Both the position numbers and the translations under genes were made by a program. The notes under the pieces are model-generated. The model was given only the letters and a program-made list of their open reading frames with translations. It was not told where the DNA came from and did no database searches. A DNA stretch of 64,000 nt from NCBI GenBank assembly GCA_030704615.1, contig CM060734.1, positions 62,806,001-62,870,000 of the forward strand. The letters are read 5' to 3'. This stretch comes from Takakia lepidozioides (taxonomy: Eukaryota; Plantae; Bryophyta). Positions 60,564 through 64,000 of this stretch are shown in pieces. How positions within the stretch are numbered: position 1 is the stretch's first letter; the number at the start of each line of letters is the position of its first letter.

Positions 60564-62459
60564 CACAACTGCCTGTGAGTGCTAAGTTTCACACTTGATG
60601 TGTTAAAATCCCTACTGGTTCTCGGATGTTTGTATGATCCGTCAGGACAGCTCGTTCACATGATATGCTTAATGATGGCATGCAGCGTACTTAAATCACA
60701 GAATATGAAGAGGTGGCTTTTCACATGTCAAGTAATTTGACAATCTCAGTATGGATGATGACAGGTCCGATGGGAGGTGCATGTGGATCTAGCTGCAAAG
60801 CTGGTGACTGGGGAGGGGGAGCTGCAGGAGGTTGGACAGGAGGGCGAGTCCATGGTGGGGATGCAAGTTTACATGGGGCTGCTGCCACCACAGGTGCCTG
60901 GGGAAGGAGGACAGGAAGTGGAATTCGGCTTGATGTCACTGGAGTACAAAAGAAGTGAAGATTTACAGGTGATCATAGCCAGTTTAGATAGAATTAACTT
61001 AGCTACAGCTACCTATGTCCAATGTCACTGGCACCATGAATGCTTGAAACAAAATTGGTGCCCTACACTCCCCTGCAGCCAGCTTGATCATCCAATTACA
61101 AGTACTCTCGAGGGCAAACGTGGTTGCAATCTGCGACTGTAAGTTCCAACGGAGTTTACCTTTGTGGCTGTATTATATTTTTCTTGGAGGCCTTCAAAAA
61201 TCTACTATGGTTTAGAAGCTTGAAGCTGCTGCAGTTTATTAAAGAGTGTATGTGCTTGTATAGAAGGAGGAGGTTGACTCTTTTGGAAGCAAGTGTAACT
61301 TATGGTGTCACTTCACCCCGAAGGGCTACTGCCTCCCATTTGGAAGGTGGACACCTTACCTATATGGAAAGAACTATGTGGCAGATCACAATAATCGAGC
61401 ACTTCAGTCTGTAATCGGCGCCGATTTCCCCTGATGGCGCCTTGGGGATTATGATGAAATGGACAGAACAGCGAGCAACAACCTGCTTTGGAATATGGAT
61501 GTTCAAATTGGCGCCGATTTACTCTTACAACCAAAAGTACAGTCCATGTCTGTTCTGGCATTGAAGGAGTTCAAGCATTCCCCAAACTTAATTAACAAAT
61601 CTCCTGAAAAAGATCGGGCTGTAACAGCACCTATGTCCACAAATCGGCGCCGATTACCCCTTACGACTGCTTTACCCCTGAAGACCACTTTCACCAGTTA
61701 CAGAACACAGCGTTTGGAATGGTGAGGAAATTTCAAAAAGCTACTTTGTGGACAAAACGGGGCCAATTCACCTGAGCACCACGTACCATCTTTCCACTAC
61801 CCGCCGCATGGGTCGTTTCGCAGGACCGATATCCTGAACTCGCGGATGCTCACACCAATATCAGGGTTTTGCTCAGGTCAGCAGACGATAGGAAACTGCA
61901 GGACAAGCAGGCACTACCACGACACCGACTTGTCACACCAATCATAACCGATTTTTACAGCAGACTCGCTGACGTGGCGTGTTTCTACTGGATTTGAGGA
62001 GGGGTGCTGTATGTGGTATTCTACGACCTACTAGATTTTAACTACCTACCCGGCTCGGTAGGTCCTGGCTCCCTGCTATATCCGGTGGCTCGCTGCCCTA
62101 AAAACCGGTTATGTCCAGTAGCGCTCTAGAGGAGCTCCTGCTACGGGATACAGCAGGTCGCCATGACACCGAACGCGGGTCGGTTAGGTCCTGGCTCCCT
62201 GCTATATCCGGTAGCAGAGGCTCCTCTCGAAGGCTACCTAGTCCATATAGAGCATTGGTTGGACACATGCAATATAAATCGGCGCTGATTTGCACAGGAA
62301 AGCTTCTGCTCACAGTAGAAGAAGTGATTTGCTCATGTTAGCAAACAATTCAGAACTTATTGATAATCATTGCAGGCATACGTACAGCCCTTACAAACGT
62401 CCCTAACTGTTTGTAGCGGTAGATCCACCATGACAACCAGCACTCCAAGGCATGAACAT

Positions 62460-62803
62460 CAACTAGCTTTGCAGCACCAAACGATGACCACCACGATCTA
62501 ATGAACGTGAACGCCATTCTCGGCTTCTTGCTTGGTCTTTGTAGTTCGCCATTGGGCAGCTAAGGAAAGGTGAGCGGAGTGGAACCCCTCCTGGATGTAT
62601 TTTTTTTGTGTACGCCTGTAAACTTTGCCCCCATACACCTTCCGAACTGCCGCCCAGTTCGCGTTCGCATTGTCTACCATAGAAACCCTTGAATTGGGGC
62701 CGCCTCGTTCCTGGCCTCTGCATCTGTTCGTTAATGCACTCCCACTTCAGGACCTACGACGCCGTGTAGGGAATTCCAAAAAGGCCTTGATGTGAAATGC
62801 ATC
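62460..62803 (-). mobile_element. MULE (Mutator-like) transposase relic
   Basis: Frameshifted pieces read WECINEQM, PQFKGF, MVDNANANWAAVRKVYG and QSL, resembling the MULE DDE core. Probably continues at 63809-64000. Confidence 0.55.
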
Positions 62804-63808
62804 GCAATTCACTTGATCACCCCCTAAAAGTGCGCAATTCAATTGAATTGCAAGGGCAATTCAATTGAACTAACCCTAATTTGCAATTCAATTGAATTGT
62901 CGGCACACGATTCAATTGAATTGCTGACTACAATTGAATTGAATTGTAATCTATAATTTTTTACTTATTTTTGTATATAATATATAATATATATGTACAT
63001 GTATATATTCAAATTATATTTATACACATATAAGAGTATAAGCTAAAAATCAGCCTCAACGAGAAAGGGAGAGCTAGAGACGGAGACTGATCGGCAGCTT
63101 CCTATGATTCACTGGCAAAAGAAACATGGCTGGCTCCGAAAAAAACAGACAAAATCAAACTTGACAATTGATGAAAGGCTTCCCTATGGCGTGGGGTGCA
63201 CTTGGCTTGAGGTTATATATGCATGAGTTTATGCTTAAGCTTTGTGAGCTCGCATGAGCTTGTGCTTGTATTCTTCTCCTTTATCATTCGAGAAAGATGG
63301 GCTCGTATCTGTTAGTGCCCTTCCCCTGTATCACCATGTAGTCCCCTAACACTAGTATCTGGCCCAGGACAAAGAAAACAAAAAATATGTTCATCTTGAG
63401 AATCATCAAAAATTTCGATACCCTTACAAAGGTATCATGTTGAAGTTGGGATGTGTGTTCTATATAAGTTTAATATATCAAACTCTTACACGTTGATACT
63501 CTTACATTTGTATCATGTTTGGTATATGTACATAGCCATATATTGGCACCAACATCCACAAAGAGAGACAATCCCGCTTTTACAAGCGCTTCGTGACTTC
63601 CCCTCCCTCTCTCTTCCTCTCTCGCTCTCCCTTAGGCTTATCTTGGGCTCAAGCCTTACCACGGGCAAAGGATTGACAGACGGACAGCAAAAATAGATGG
63701 GCAACATGTATTTTTAGCTTATACCTGTGTATGTATATATGTATAATTTAAATATATACATATATGTATTATATCCAGAAATAAGTTAGAAAATATAGAT
63801 TACAATTC
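62804..63808. mobile_element. Foldback/MITE-like insertion with long AT-rich inverted arms
   Basis: 62941-63050 is an imperfect inverted repeat of 63710-63808. The left end carries an array of the palindrome CAATTCAATTGAATTG. Confidence 0.7.
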
Positions 63809-64000
63809 GTCTTGCGTTTCCGCGGAATGCAAAACTACGTGGTTGAAGGTGTGGAACTCCGATGTGGATCGACTAGGAAGTTTCCACTTGCCCATCGCCA
63901 AATCATGTCCGGAGACGGCATTTGGCGACTGGCTGGATAAGGCCACATGGTGGTGTCAGGTAAGAATGCTTCGACTTGCAGTTAAGGTGGGTTGGGGGAG

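Larger units (their letters stand above)
50727..60958 (+). pseudogene. Glycine-rich domain-containing protein (GRDP, DUF1399) gene with 5' disabling lesions
   Basis: Exons 50727-50893, 51613-51748, 52027-52330, 53497-53643, 53854-54186, 55194-55610 (GC donor), 55730-55896, 56109-56233, 58231-58394, 58561-58972, 60765-60958. Motifs PPLDVQWLWHCH, VPTFDIDLMWHSHQ, PYERAG, LINGRKLQY, ATALFNW and a Gly-rich tail. In-frame TGA at 50760-50762 and a 28-bp duplication frameshift at 52045-52087. Confidence 0.85.

Noticed and set aside
1-64000. U7 snRNA, histone stem-loop, tRNA, rRNA or spliceosomal snRNA genes
   Set aside because: No AATTTGTCTAG-type Sm site with hairpin, histone gene or canonical RNA gene was recognised by eye; a covariance-model scan is needed to exclude them.

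Overview
Eukaryotic nuclear DNA from a land plant, probably a non-seed plant (inferred from a Tcn1/Tf1-like chromovirus and the LINE types). I reconstructed five multi-exon genes by reading splice sites: (1) a pectate lyase-like gene (+, 4560-8498) whose three Ca2+-binding Asp residues are replaced and which probably has a Gly/Ser-repeat, hydrophobic C-terminal exon; (2) NUP58 (-); (3) head-to-head with it, an 8-exon gene not assembled by the ORF track that encodes a 242-aa LSm11-like protein, the U7 snRNP-specific Sm protein; (4) DWA2/EIPR1 WD40 (+, 13 exons); (5) a GRDP/DUF1399 gene (+) with a nonsense codon and a frameshift in its 5' exons. Mobile DNA includes a nested Ty3/gypsy chromovirus with a self-priming signature, a solo LTR, a hAT element with TIR and TSD plus related MITE ends, a TTAA/CCC piggyBac-like MITE, tRNA-derived SINEs, two LINE families (one with 3' ends at (GA)n/(TC)n tracts), a MULE relic and a foldback element. 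The top finding is the intact LSm11-like gene, which hints at U7-type machinery in a land plant. The second is the probably non-catalytic, membrane-tethered pectate lyase. All identifications come from motif recognition; no database searches were run.
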